A program made the position numbers and the translations under genes. Source: an uncultured Bacteroidales bacterium (GTDB lineage Bacteria; Bacteroidota; Bacteroidia; Bacteroidales; VadinHA17). From it: 64,000 bases of DNA. Under the pieces are notes generated by a model. It worked only from the letters and a program-made list of their open reading frames with translations. It searched no databases and was not told the DNA's origin. The DNA lies in contig CAWJAW010000002.1 in the NCBI GenBank assembly GCA_963840965.1, forward strand, positions 328,185 through 392,184. The letters run 5' to 3'. Positions 38,058 through 49,200 of this stretch are shown here, piece after piece (within the stretch, counting starts at the first letter, position 1; every line of letters starts with the position of its first letter).

Positions 38058-38069
38058 CAGTTTCAGCGG

Positions 38070-38522
38070 ATGACAGACAGGGATAAGATAGAGGAATTGA
38101 TAAAGGAACACATGAGTGGTACCGGGATGTTCCTGGTGTCGGTGAAGGTCAGCGCCGCAAACAGGATTACGGTGCTTGCCGATACAAGGGAGGGTATCAC
38201 AATCGATGAGTGCGTGCTGTTGCACCGTCATATTGAGAACGGGCTCGACCGCGATGCCGGGGATTTTGAACTGCAGGTGTCATCGCCGGGGCTCGGCTCG
38301 CCCTTCACGGTGATTGAGCAGTACTACAAGAACGAAGGAAAGAAGATCTCCGTCGTCGACAATGAGGGAATGAAATACTCGGGTATCCTCAAAAATGTTA
38401 CAAAGGGAGGCTTCGATCTTGAAACTGAAGTGAAGATCAAGGGAAAGGGAAAGGAAAAAAAGGATATCCCCTTTAACTTTGATCAGGTAAAAACGACAAA
38501 AATTGTTCTAACGATAACATAA
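38070..38522 (+). CDS. rimP: Ribosome maturation factor RimP
   Basis: 150 aa. Conserved FELQVSSPGLGSPF motif. It is immediately upstream of nusA. Confidence 0.88.
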   Translation: MTDRDKIEELIKEHMSGTGMFLVSVKVSAANRITVLADTREGITIDECVLLHRHIENGLDRDAGDFELQVSSPGLGSPFTVIEQYYKNEGKKISVVDNEGMKYSGILKNVTKGGFDLETEVKIKGKGKEKKDIPFNFDQVKTTKIVLTIT

Positions 38523-38542
38523 CATCAAGAAGATTTCAGAAG

Positions 38543-39781
38543 ATGGAAAATATCAATTTGATCGACACCTTTTCGGAATTCAAAGAGCTTAAGAATATCG
38601 ACCGCCCGACCATGATGAGCGTGCTTGAAGACGTTTTCAGAAGCATGCTTGCAAAGAGATACGGTGAGGCCGACAATTTTGACATTATCGTCAATATCGA
38701 CAAGGGCGACTTTGAAATCTGGAGGAACAGGGTGGTTGTGGAAGACGATGAACTGGTTGATCCCAACCTGCAGATACCATTGTCGAAGGCAAAGGAGATC
38801 GATGAGGATTACGAGGTGGGTGAAGAAGTCTCGGATGAGGTCAAATTTCTCGATTTCGGACGGAGAGCCATCCTGTCGCTCAGACAAAACCTTACGGCAA
38901 GGATCCTCGACCTCGAGAAGAACAACATATACATAAAATACAAGGACAGGATCGGTGAAATAGTCACCGGTGAAGTTTACCAGGTTTGGAAAAGGGAAAT
39001 ACTTGTCCTTGACGATGACGGAAATGAACTGATAATTCCGAAAAGCGAGCAGATCCCTTCCGATCATTTCCGCAAGGGCGATTCAATCCGTGCAGTTGTG
39101 ATAAAGGTTGAAATGAGGAACAACACCCCTTTCATCATTCTAAGCCGTACATCGCCTGTCTTCCTCGAAAGGTTATTTGAACTTGAGGTTCCTGAGATTT
39201 TCGACGGGCTCATAACGATCAAGAAGATCGTCCGCGTACCGGGCGAACGCGCCAAGGTTGCCGTTGAATCGTACGACGAAAGGATCGACCCGGTAGGAGC
39301 CTGCGTGGGTATGAAAGGATCAAGGATACATGGTATTGTAAGGGAACTCAGAAACGAAAACATCGATGTGATCAATTACACATCCAATAACCAGCTGTTC
39401 ATTCAAAGAGCGCTGAGCCCCGCAAAAATAACATCTATCAAACTCGTTGAAGAGACAAAAAGGGCTGAGATCTATCTGAAGCCCAACGAAGTATCGCTAG
39501 CCATCGGAAAAGGCGGCCTCAATATAAAGCTGGCCAGCCAGCTTACAGGTTATGAAATTGATGTTTACAGAGAACCGGGAGGCGAGGATGAAGAAGATGT
39601 GAACCTTGAAGAATTCAGCGATGAGATCGATGAGTGGATAATCGAGGAACTCAAATCAATTGGCTGTGATACTGCCAGAAGCGTTCTGAACCTTTCCATC
39701 CACGACCTTGTCAAACGCACCGATCTCGAAGAAGAGACTGTCAGGGAGGTAATTAATATCCTTAAAGCCGAATTTGAATAG
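38543..39781 (+). CDS. nusA: Transcription termination/antitermination factor NusA
   Basis: N-terminal domain, S1 domain (GEIVTGEVYQV) and KH domains (DPVGACVGMKGSRI; EVSLAIGKGGLNIKLAS). 412 aa. Confidence 0.95.
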   Translation: MENINLIDTFSEFKELKNIDRPTMMSVLEDVFRSMLAKRYGEADNFDIIVNIDKGDFEIWRNRVVVEDDELVDPNLQIPLSKAKEIDEDYEVGEEVSDEVKFLDFGRRAILSLRQNLTARILDLEKNNIYIKYKDRIGEIVTGEVYQVWKREILVLDDDGNELIIPKSEQIPSDHFRKGDSIRAVVIKVEMRNNTPFIILSRTSPVFLERLFELEVPEIFDGLITIKKIVRVPGERAKVAVESYDERIDPVGACVGMKGSRIHGIVRELRNENIDVINYTSNNQLFIQRALSPAKITSIKLVEETKRAEIYLKPNEVSLAIGKGGLNIKLASQLTGYEIDVYREPGGEDEEDVNLEEFSDEIDEWIIEELKSIGCDTARSVLNLSIHDLVKRTDLEEETVREVINILKAEFE

Positions 39782-39831
39782 AAATTATCATAATACCCGC
39801 TTGAGATTTAAGAAAGACTGAGGACTTATCT

Positions 39832-42810
39832 ATGACTGAAGATATCAAGGCAACAAGATTAAGCAAAGCAGCCCGCGAATTTAACGTAGGGATCTCTACC
39901 ATTGTGGAATTCCTCCACAAAAAGGGGTTTGATCTTGATCCCAATCCAAATACCAAACTGCCTCATGAAGCTTACGTTCTTTTGCTGAAAGAATACAGCG
40001 GCGACCTCAACGTCAAGAAGGAGTCAGAAAAGCTGATGCTGAAAGATCTCCACAGGAAAAAGGAGACTGTTTCGATCGATGATGTGCCAGGCGAAAAAAG
40101 CGAAGATCAGGACAGGGACGAAGAAGTTATGATAAAGGATACTTCACCTGTCAAAAAGGCTGTTGACATCAAGACTGAGATCCCAAAGCCCGACATCAAA
40201 CTTGTTGGCAAGATTGATCTCGAAAAGACTCTCAAACCAAAGGTTGTTCAGCCCGAGAAACCTGTTCAGCCTGAACCAGCCAAAACAGGAAAAGTAACTT
40301 CCCCACCTGCTGACCCGGTTAAAAAGCCGGCAGCAGAAATACCCCCCACTGAAGAAAAAGAAACTGAAAAGAAAGAACAAACAAAAACTCCAATCGATCT
40401 GCACATAGTCGGTAAAATCGATCTCGATAAAGTTGCAAAAGAATCCAGGCCTGCAAAAAAGGAAGAAAAAGAACCATCCTCACCCAAAGCCCCTGCTAAA
40501 GAACAAAAAGCTCCGGTTAAGGAGAAGGATGTTCCGGCAGAAGCAGATCAGAAACCGGTTGAACAGCCTGTAATTACGCCCGAAGTTCCCGCTGAAGTAC
40601 AGGAAGAACCTGTTGCAGCACAGGCCGCTGAGGAAGAAAAGGCCGACTCCGGAATATTCAAGCCGCATGTTGAAAAACTCATGGGACTTACTGTTGTCGG
40701 GAAAATCAACCTTCCGGCGGAAGAAAAGAAAAAATCGGGCTACCAGCAGGTAAACGTGAACGGTGATTCTGATTTCAGAAGGAAAAAGAAAAGAAAAAGG
40801 ATAACAAAGGAGAAAGAGGTTGCTCCTGTTTCGAAACCTCTCCCGACCGACAAGAAAAACGCACAGACAAAGAAACCGCTGCTCAAGAAAAGACCTGTTC
40901 GCACGGAAGTAGATGAGGGAGAAGTTCAGAAGCAGATCAAGGAAACCCTCGCTCGCCTTACCACAAAGGGCAAATCAAAAGGTTCAAGGTACCGCAGGGA
41001 AAAAAGGGACCTTATAAGCATGAAAAACCGTGAGTCAGAGGACAGAATTGAAGAAGAAAAGAATATCCTGAAAGTCACGGAATTCGTCTCGGCCAATGAA
41101 CTCGCGTCGATGATGAACGTCCCCGTGACAGAGATCATCTCCACTTGTATGAACCTCGGACTTTTCGTTTCAATAAACCAGAGGCTTGACGCCGAGACCC
41201 TTGCTCTTCTTGCCGATGAGTTCGGACACAAGATTGAATTCGTAAGCGCCGAATTGCAGGAAACCGTCAAGGAGGAGGAAGACGAAGAGGAAGAACTCAA
41301 ACCAAGACCGCCTATTGTTACGGTAATGGGACATGTTGACCATGGAAAAACAAAACTGCTCGACCATATAAGACGGACCAACGTGATTGCCGGTGAAGCA
41401 GGAGGTATTACTCAGCATATCGGAGCCTATGCAGTGCAGCTCGACGATGGCCGCAAGCTGACCTTCCTCGACACACCGGGTCACGAAGCCTTCACCGCTA
41501 TGCGTGCCAGGGGAGCACAGATTACCGATATAGCAATTATTGTTGTTGCAGCTGACGACGGTGTGATGCCCCAGACAAAGGAGGCGATAAACCATGCAGC
41601 AGCAGCAGGTGTGCCTATCGTCTTCGCAATAAATAAAATAGATAAGCCAACAGCCAATCCTGAAAAAATCAAAGAAGCCCTGGCAAATATGAACTTCCTG
41701 GTCGAAGACTGGGGCGGGAAGTATCAGTCGCAGGAGATATCTGCAAAAAACGGGCTTAATATTGAGCTTCTTCTTGAAAAAGTGCTGCTTGAGGCAGAGA
41801 TGCTCGAACTTAAAGCCAACCCCGACAAACCGGCAGTTGGAACAATTATTGAATCATCGCTCGACAAGGGCCGCGGATTCACCGCAACCGTTCTGGTGAA
41901 AGCCGGAACCCTAAGGGTGGGCGATATTATGATCGCCGGAACTGCCTACGGTCATATCAAGGCCATGTATAACGAAAGAGGAGGCAAGGTGGATGAAGTG
42001 GGACCGGCAACTCCGGCTCTCGTGCTCGGACTGAACGGGGCCCCGCAGGCCGGTGACAAATTCAATGTGATGGAGAGCGACCGCGAAGCCAAGGACATAG
42101 CCACAAAGAGAGCCCAGTTACAGAGAGAACAGGGGTTACGCACACAGAAACACATTACCCTCGATGAGATAGGCAGACGTATCGCAATAGGCAACTTCCA
42201 GGAACTCAACATTATCGTAAAAGGTGACGTCGACGGTTCGATCGAGGCCCTGAGTGACTCGCTAATAAAACTGTCCACTCCTGAAATTCAGCTTAACATC
42301 ATTCATAAGGCAGTAGGTCAGATCTCCGAATCGGATATTCTTCTGGCAGCAGCCTCGAACGCCATTATTATTGGATTCCAGGTAAGACCATCCCTCAGCG
42401 CCCGCAAACTGGCAGAGAAGGAGGAAATCGACATCCGTCTCTATTCAATCATTTACGATGCTATCGAGGAGATAAGATCGGCAATGGAAGGAATGCTCTC
42501 ACCCGAGCTTAAAGAAGAAATAGTGGCCACCCTTGAGATAAGGGACCTCTTCAAGGTAACCAAGATCGGCACTGTTGCAGGATGTTACGTCAAGGAAGGA
42601 AAGATCACCAGAAACACAAAAATACGTGTGATCCGCGACGGCATCGTAATCTATACCGGCGAACTGGGCTCCCTGAAACGCTTCAAGGATGATGTGAAAG
42701 AAGTTGTCGGCGGCTATGAATGTGGCCTGAACATTACAAACTTCAACGACCTTAAGGTCGGCGACATTGTAGAGGGATACCACCAAGTGGAGGTCAAAAA
42801 GACCTTATAG
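39832..42810 (+). CDS. infB: Translation initiation factor IF-2
   Basis: K/E/P-rich N-terminal region, G domain ([28 protein letters not shown]) and a C-terminal beta-barrel. 992 aa. Confidence 0.95.
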   Translation: MTEDIKATRLSKAAREFNVGISTIVEFLHKKGFDLDPNPNTKLPHEAYVLLLKEYSGDLNVKKESEKLMLKDLHRKKETVSIDDVPGEKSEDQDRDEEVMIKDTSPVKKAVDIKTEIPKPDIKLVGKIDLEKTLKPKVVQPEKPVQPEPAKTGKVTSPPADPVKKPAAEIPPTEEKETEKKEQTKTPIDLHIVGKIDLDKVAKESRPAKKEEKEPSSPKAPAKEQKAPVKEKDVPAEADQKPVEQPVITPEVPAEVQEEPVAAQAAEEEKADSGIFKPHVEKLMGLTVVGKINLPAEEKKKSGYQQVNVNGDSDFRRKKKRKRITKEKEVAPVSKPLPTDKKNAQTKKPLLKKRPVRTEVDEGEVQKQIKETLARLTTKGKSKGSRYRREKRDLISMKNRESEDRIEEEKNILKVTEFVSANELASMMNVPVTEIISTCMNLGLFVSINQRLDAETLALLADEFGHKIEFVSAELQETVKEEEDEEEELKPRPPIVTVMGHVDHGKTKLLDHIRRTNVIAGEAGGITQHIGAYAVQLDDGRKLTFLDTPGHEAFTAMRARGAQITDIAIIVVAADDGVMPQTKEAINHAAAAGVPIVFAINKIDKPTANPEKIKEALANMNFLVEDWGGKYQSQEISAKNGLNIELLLEKVLLEAEMLELKANPDKPAVGTIIESSLDKGRGFTATVLVKAGTLRVGDIMIAGTAYGHIKAMYNERGGKVDEVGPATPALVLGLNGAPQAGDKFNVMESDREAKDIATKRAQLQREQGLRTQKHITLDEIGRRIAIGNFQELNIIVKGDVDGSIEALSDSLIKLSTPEIQLNIIHKAVGQISESDILLAAASNAIIIGFQVRPSLSARKLAEKEEIDIRLYSIIYDAIEEIRSAMEGMLSPELKEEIVATLEIRDLFKVTKIGTVAGCYVKEGKITRNTKIRVIRDGIVIYTGELGSLKRFKDDVKEVVGGYECGLNITNFNDLKVGDIVEGYHQVEVKKTL

Positions 42811-43179
42811 AAGTTCCATATACTTTTCAGCTGAAAGAAGTGATTCTGCCTCAACGGGATCAATTATCCTGACCTTAATCATCCATCCTTCCCCGTACGG
42901 GTCCTTGTTGACCAGATCGGGCGAATCGCCAAGGGCCGGGTTCACCTCAAGAATCTCACCTCCAACAGGCATGAAGAGATCGGATACGGTCTTCACCGCT
43001 TCAATAGTCCCGAATACCTCGTCCTTCTCAAGTGTCTCCCCTTCTGTCTCTATCTCCAGGAAAACAATATCCCCAAGCTCACCCTGGGCAAAATCAGTCA
43101 CTCCTACATAGCCTAAATCACCTTGGATACGGAGCCATTCATGGTCTTTGGTATAAAGCAAATCTGCCGGTACGTTCAT
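42805..43179 (-). CDS. gcvH: Glycine cleavage system protein H
   Basis: 124 aa with lipoyl-lysine motif TIEAVKTVSDL. Its 3' end overlaps the infB stop by 6 nt (convergent genes). Confidence 0.92.
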   Translation of the reverse strand: MNVPADLLYTKDHEWLRIQGDLGYVGVTDFAQGELGDIVFLEIETEGETLEKDEVFGTIEAVKTVSDLFMPVGGEILEVNPALGDSPDLVNKDPYGEGWMIKVRIIDPVEAESLLSAEKYMELL

Positions 43180-43201
43180 ATATTTGGATTTTTGTGTACT
43201 C

Positions 43202-43209
43202 CAAATTTA
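43202..43209 (-). promoter_or_regulatory. Candidate -7 promoter box TAAATTTG for gcvH
   Basis: Exact TAnnTTTG on the minus strand, 23 nt before ATG 43179. Confidence 0.45.
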
Positions 43210-43257
43210 TTGTTTTTTTTTATATCCCCTAACTATGAGGATTCCTTAAGTTAAAAA

Positions 43258-46200
43258 CTACTGGGCAAGCGTGAATTTCAGGCTGAATCCGAAATTGGTG
43301 TTGGATGTCGGGAAGGTATTTGCGACAAACGGGTTATTCATAGTATGATCTGCAAAGATCTGAAGGTTGAACCGGTCGCTCAGAACATAATCGGCGGTTG
43401 CCCCCACCGTCATCACCTTGATACCGGCCACAGGCTGGTTTACATCCTCTATAAGCTTCCTGGCAACCGTCTTGTTGTCCCTGAGCGAAAGGTCGAGCCT
43501 TAGATTCAGATCGCTCTTGAGCGTTTTCTGCCCGCCTCCGGTCTTCAACACTATCTGGACATCATCAAAACGGTAGCCGGCCCCAACCACAAGCTCGTTG
43601 ATACGGCTGTCGGTAACCTGGTTGCCGGTGAGATTAAGGGAAATTGTCCTCGACTTTCTCCACTCAAACCTCGAGGTCAGGTTGCTCTTCCAGTTCATGT
43701 CAATATTAATCATCGGGCTGAACTGTTCGCTGACGGTTACTGTATTTATCTCATATTGCTGAATGAAATTCTTCTGAAGGTCCCTGATGTTATTTATCCC
43801 GTTGCCATCGACGAAATAATTCAGGTTTGTTGTATAAGATCCGATCTGGTAAACACTCCTGTACTGATGGGTGATGTTGATCGACCTGAAAACCTTCTGG
43901 ACAAACTCAAACTTTGAAAAGCCGTCGAATGTTATTCTCCAGTTCGGCATCATCCTGAAAGCAGAAGGGAAGGTCGACAGACCGACCTTGTCGGGATCGG
44001 ATTTTGTATAGGCAGCATAAAAGGCGGGGATAAGTACCTCACGTGATGTTTTTCCGTAGCCGCTCTTGAAACCATCAGTCAAAGGCTGCCCGGTCTCGGG
44101 ATCGATATCCGGATCGTATCCGGGATCTGCCTCCTGCCTCGCTTCAGCCCGCCGGCCCGAAATGATAACAGCATTCCTCTTGAAATTTTCGAATGTGGCT
44201 GATACATAGTTATTTTCCTTTGATATCTTTTCGAATGCGGTACCCCATGAGATCACTGAAATGGAGAAGTTACCGCTGATAACCCTGTTTCGTGTACTGT
44301 CGGGGAAGTTGCCGTTGTAATCGGCAGTATAATATGAACTTTCGTTTTCAAGGAACCTCCTGTCGGCATTGATGTCGATCTTCAGCCCGGGGAAAGGTTC
44401 GACGACACTTCTGATTGACAGATCCCTCCTGTTGTTATAAATAGCCGGTGTATTCAGCAGGGTGTCTGTGGTAAGCCAGCCGTTTTCAACAGCCTTGTCT
44501 AAAAATCTCCTGTCGCTGAAACCCAGCATAAAGGGCAAACCGGGTGCTGATACATTGTTAACCCTTGACTGGCCCAAAAACCTTGACTCCGGAAGGAAAC
44601 CCGGCAGATACTGGCCCTGGGATGAGGTATAGGTCATGCTTACAGATCGTATCCCCATTATGGCACGCAACATATATTCCCCGGTAACGGTCATCGGATT
44701 GCGCTTTTTGGGAACCCTTCCCTCGATCGTCACCAGTGTGCCTTCAACAGCCTCACCGGTGGTAAAATTGACCCTGTTGTCGCTGATTATCTCCACATTG
44801 CCCTTGAGCTCGGTGCCATCCTTTCTGGTAATAATCACCTTGACGTCTTTTGTCTTAAGATTGTGAACCAGGGGCCGCATCACATTCGGCCTGAAGTTAA
44901 CATTGTTCCTGGTAAAAACTACAGTCTTGTACTCTGTTTGCATCCTCCTGACAGCTCCCGGCCTTGTGTTATCCTCAACGCTCTTGAGAAATTTCGACTT
45001 GCTGTACAGGCTCGCCAGGTTGGCCGTACCCGACAGGGTAAGTTCGTTGTGATTCTTAATTGCATTTCCGAGATTGATGTTCATCGAATCGGGATAAAGA
45101 GCCCCTGCAAGCCATGAGTAGTCAGCCCCGAACCTTGCATTTGCCGTTACCCACGAAAGCCCCGGTAGCTTATTTATGGGAACGTTGTAGGTTGCATTGA
45201 TATAATGGTTATAAGAAGTTGTCCTGCCAAAGCGCTTCAGGTTGGTCATAACAGAGTCGCGCCAGTTTTCGTAGTCGCTCTGGTACCTGCGGCGGTCGGC
45301 AGCTCCTTCCGGTTCATCGATCCTCGCCACATTCGTCGAGGTGAAATCTATCTTGAGCGCGCGGGTGAGATCATACTTTACATCAAACATCCTGGTCCAT
45401 TCAAAATCCTTCCTGAAAGTCGGGGTTATTAACAGGTTGGGATTGTTTATGTTCCTGGTCTTGACCTCATTGTAATATCTGGCAAGATCGGTCCTGAATG
45501 AAATGCTTCTCGGGAAGGGATAGAAATTGAAATCCTTAATTATCCTGAAAATCGGCGAATTCAGAAACTTTACATTTTTAAACGGCATTATGTTCTTTGG
45601 CTGGGCCTCATAATTGTAGTTGATCCCGCCCTTGTAGTTCCTTTCGAGGTCTATCTCTGTTTTTGTGTTACTCCTGTAAACTTCGTTAAATGTATAATTG
45701 ACGCTGAAGTTGGCAAGGTCCCATACCCGGGGTTTTTCACCCCTTTTGGTGATCCCCGCGTTGTTTATGGAGATGGTCTTCCGCCTCGTATAGTCCTCTG
45801 ATATCGCCCTGATGGAATCTCTTGCTTCCTTGTCAGGTGCTTCGTCAAGCGCATCCTTCAGGGTTATGTCGGGATCGAGTGGATTATACTGGGGCTTCAC
45901 CCTGGTCTCAGAAAAACCCATATATACTGGCAGTCTTACTCCTGCATCCTCGGGGAAGAATTTTCCCAGTTCCATTGTAGATGATATATCATACTTGAGA
46001 ACCTCTTCCTTGCTCCTTTCGTTCACCTTCTTGTCGATGCTTCCCCATCCGGGGGTGCTTGCCTGACCAACCATGTCAATAGTTCCGAGATCGGCCAGTC
46101 TGGCCTGCAGGTGAGCATTTGCCGCCCATCCTCCGTTTTCGATGAAATCACTGAGTCTTAATTCATTAACCCAAACCTCGGCCGATTTTGAATCCCCGTT

Positions 46201-49200
46201 GTCGGCAGCGGGATTCCTGGTTTTAATGGGGTTACGGATACCGACCATGATAACCTTTACATTGCTCAGATTAGGATTTCCGCAAACATATACCCTGTTT
46301 GAATCGTCCCTGAAAGCAAATACATCCGAAAGGCTAAGTACCGAACCGCTTTCCTGAAGCTGCCGGTTCCTCTCTTTCTTGGCCTCCTGCAAAACAGTCA
46401 GGTCAATATCGAACCTGTTGCCCTCAGGCCATACAATCGCCCTGTCCTCCTCCGAGTCGTTGTCATAATCGTCGCCGGGAGGTGTAAGGCTGAGAGGTAT
46501 CTCATATTCATAAAAGTTCGATTTGTAATCCGACCCCAACCTGACAAAGGCTGTAATCTCATCATCGTAAAGAGGCTGGCCGATAAGCGCTTCAGCATGA
46601 ACTTCCATCCTGAGCCTGCGATACTGGCGGAAATCAAGGTTTACATTTCTGTATGCGGCACGTGCATCGCCGTCGGCCAGATCAACTACCTTCAGAACCA
46701 TCGACTGCTCGTCGAGCTGCCTGAGCTGTGGATTCTGGGGATCGACGACCCTGTCGAATCCGGGAGGAAGCACATAATTCACCGGCTTTTTACCTGCATT
46801 ATCCTCGATACTCACCGAACTGATCTCAAATGTGCCGTCCTCAGGTTCCGGAGTTGTGATCCTCTCCCCTCCCTCCATGAATGTGATGTTGTATTTCCTC
46901 CATTCAGCCCTTACCAGGTTAAGTTCTGCAAATCGCATCACCACGGGATCGCTGAAATTCTTGAGGAACATCCTCATGAACCTTATTGACTTGAAATCGC
47001 TTATAACACCCACCCTCCTCTGATATTCCGTTACAGGTATCTTGAACTGGTACCATTTCACCTTTGATTCCGTTCCATCAGCCATGGTCACCGTCGGTTC
47101 GATCTCATCGACGATGTAGTTCATTCCTACCTTCATGTTCTCCGGCCTCAGGCTTACCCTGTACTGGTAATAACTTTCCGTCTCGCTGAGGGTATTGTCG
47201 CGGTTAATGTCTTCCATATCAGGCAGGGTCGAGCCGGATGTAGGATATGATTCCGACGACATCTCCGATGTAGGGGAGTTGCCATCCTGCCCGTTGTATC
47301 TCTTGTATCTTTCGAGTATCCCCAGCTGTTCCAGATCGTAATCGGAACCCCTGAAATAGTGAAAGTCATCATTCGACGGGTCCTTAAGCAAATCGGTATA
47401 GGCTTCAGGACTCAGAATGGCTTCAGACCTCTGGAGATAATCCATAAAGAATGCCTGTTCGTCCTGGTTCCTCAGCCCGTCGAGCCCCACGTCCTGGTAC
47501 ATCCTCGACTCGGAATTGTTGTCAAACGCATGGACCACCGATTGAACCGTCGGGACCCTTCCCCATGACGTGGAATCGACATTCTGAAGATCGGGCGAAC
47601 CCGGAAGTCCGTTCTCAAAACTCTTGCGGGAGTCCTTCAGGATGTCTTCCGAAATGTTTCCAAGGTTGAAATAGAGATCACCTCCCTGGTGAACCGGATC
47701 CTCAACAAAAGGATCCATCATCCAGAATTCAATGTATTGAATATTTGCCGTTTCAAAATCGCTTGTAAGGACCTCCCTCATCATGCCCCCCCATCTCGAC
47801 TGGGGATTGTTAAGAAATCCTGAGGCATTTATTCCCCCCGAATATGAACCCGGATCAGTGTCATAGTTGTACGGCCCTTTTTCGCCCGGATAATAAGCCA
47901 CGTTAAGCACCGATATCGTGGTGGGGATTCCGCTGGTGCTTTCCCTGTTGGGGAAGATCTCATTTTCGTATATCTCCCTCACAAAATGACTCGATTGCGT
48001 GGAAGGATCCTGCTTTATATGACCGGGTGTAGAGGATCCATTTCTCAGAAACAAGGGGTCGATCACATACCACGAGATCTTCGCCCTGTTGTTTCCGCTG
48101 GCCGGATCGTTATTAAGAGAAGCTTCGGGGAACAGCTGATCCTGGCCTTGCGGGATGCTTGAAATTGACCAGGCATTGAATGACTTAAGATCGAGCGGGA
48201 TCTCACTCGACTCGAAATCATCAATATAGGAGTTGCCTGCATTTGAGATTGCGCGTGAATGGCCAGGAATCAGCTCTGCAAATTCCCCATTGAAAGAAAT
48301 GGTTGATGGTGCTTTGGTTTCAAGAAGGGGGATCTTGTCAATAAGTTTGGTAAGAAACTGCGACTGCCCCCTGTATGAAGTATTTAGTCCCCAGATTGTG
48401 TTGGAGATCGGTTCTTCCCCGAAATTTACTTTCTGGGTATATGGTCTCTCATTCAGATGCAGCAATGTTGCACCTACATTGAAATTATCCGAAAACCTGT
48501 AATCGAGATGGGTACCCACCAGTGTTTTAGTCTGGAACCCGAAGAACTGGTTGCTTTCGAGTGAAACCTGAATGGGTGTCTGCGATTCGATAAGAGCGGA
48601 ATTGATGATAGTTACCACCCCCATGTTGTAATCGACAGTGTAATCGATGTTCTCGTTGAGAGTCACCCCCCCTGCCGTAACAATTATAGAACCTGCCGGT
48701 ATGTTTGTGGCATTGAGCCTGATCTCTGAACCCGACTCGGAGGAATACTGGCCGGTCATCTTGAACTTGTTCCTTTCCGCCATCTGCCGGGCTATCGTCT
48801 GGGTCGAATCGTAAAGCTCCTGGAAAATATACTTTTCAGCTATCTGGTTATCGCCTATCTTCTCCTTCAGGTAACTTCCGAAAGGCTCGTTAACGGGAAA
48901 TATGATCTTCCCGCGGCTTACATTTATTGTAACCCCGTCGATGAAGTCAAAATAACCGTCAGGCTGACGGTCCTGCTGGCTGTTGAGATTATCAAGGCCA
49001 AGCACCTGAAGAAGAATTGTGTTCGCTATCCTTCCCTCAGGGAGATAATTGATGGCATTACCGGTCTTGTCATCTTCATAAAGAATATTAAGCTGGAAGT
49101 CGCCGCTCTCAAGCCTGCCTGAACCAAGCGAGTAAATATTCTTCATCATCAGGTCCCAGGTGGGGTATTTCGGACTAAGCGTCGTCCCCTTGAGGAGCTT

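Noticed and set aside
39990-40900. K/E/P-rich low-complexity region with repeated VGKI(D/N)L motifs in infB
   Set aside because: Variable, charged, repeat-containing N-terminal regions are normal for bacterial IF-2. This is not a separate feature.
42805-42810. 6-nt convergent overlap of the infB and gcvH 3' ends
   Set aside because: Short overlaps of convergent stop regions are common in compact genomes and carry no obvious functional implication.
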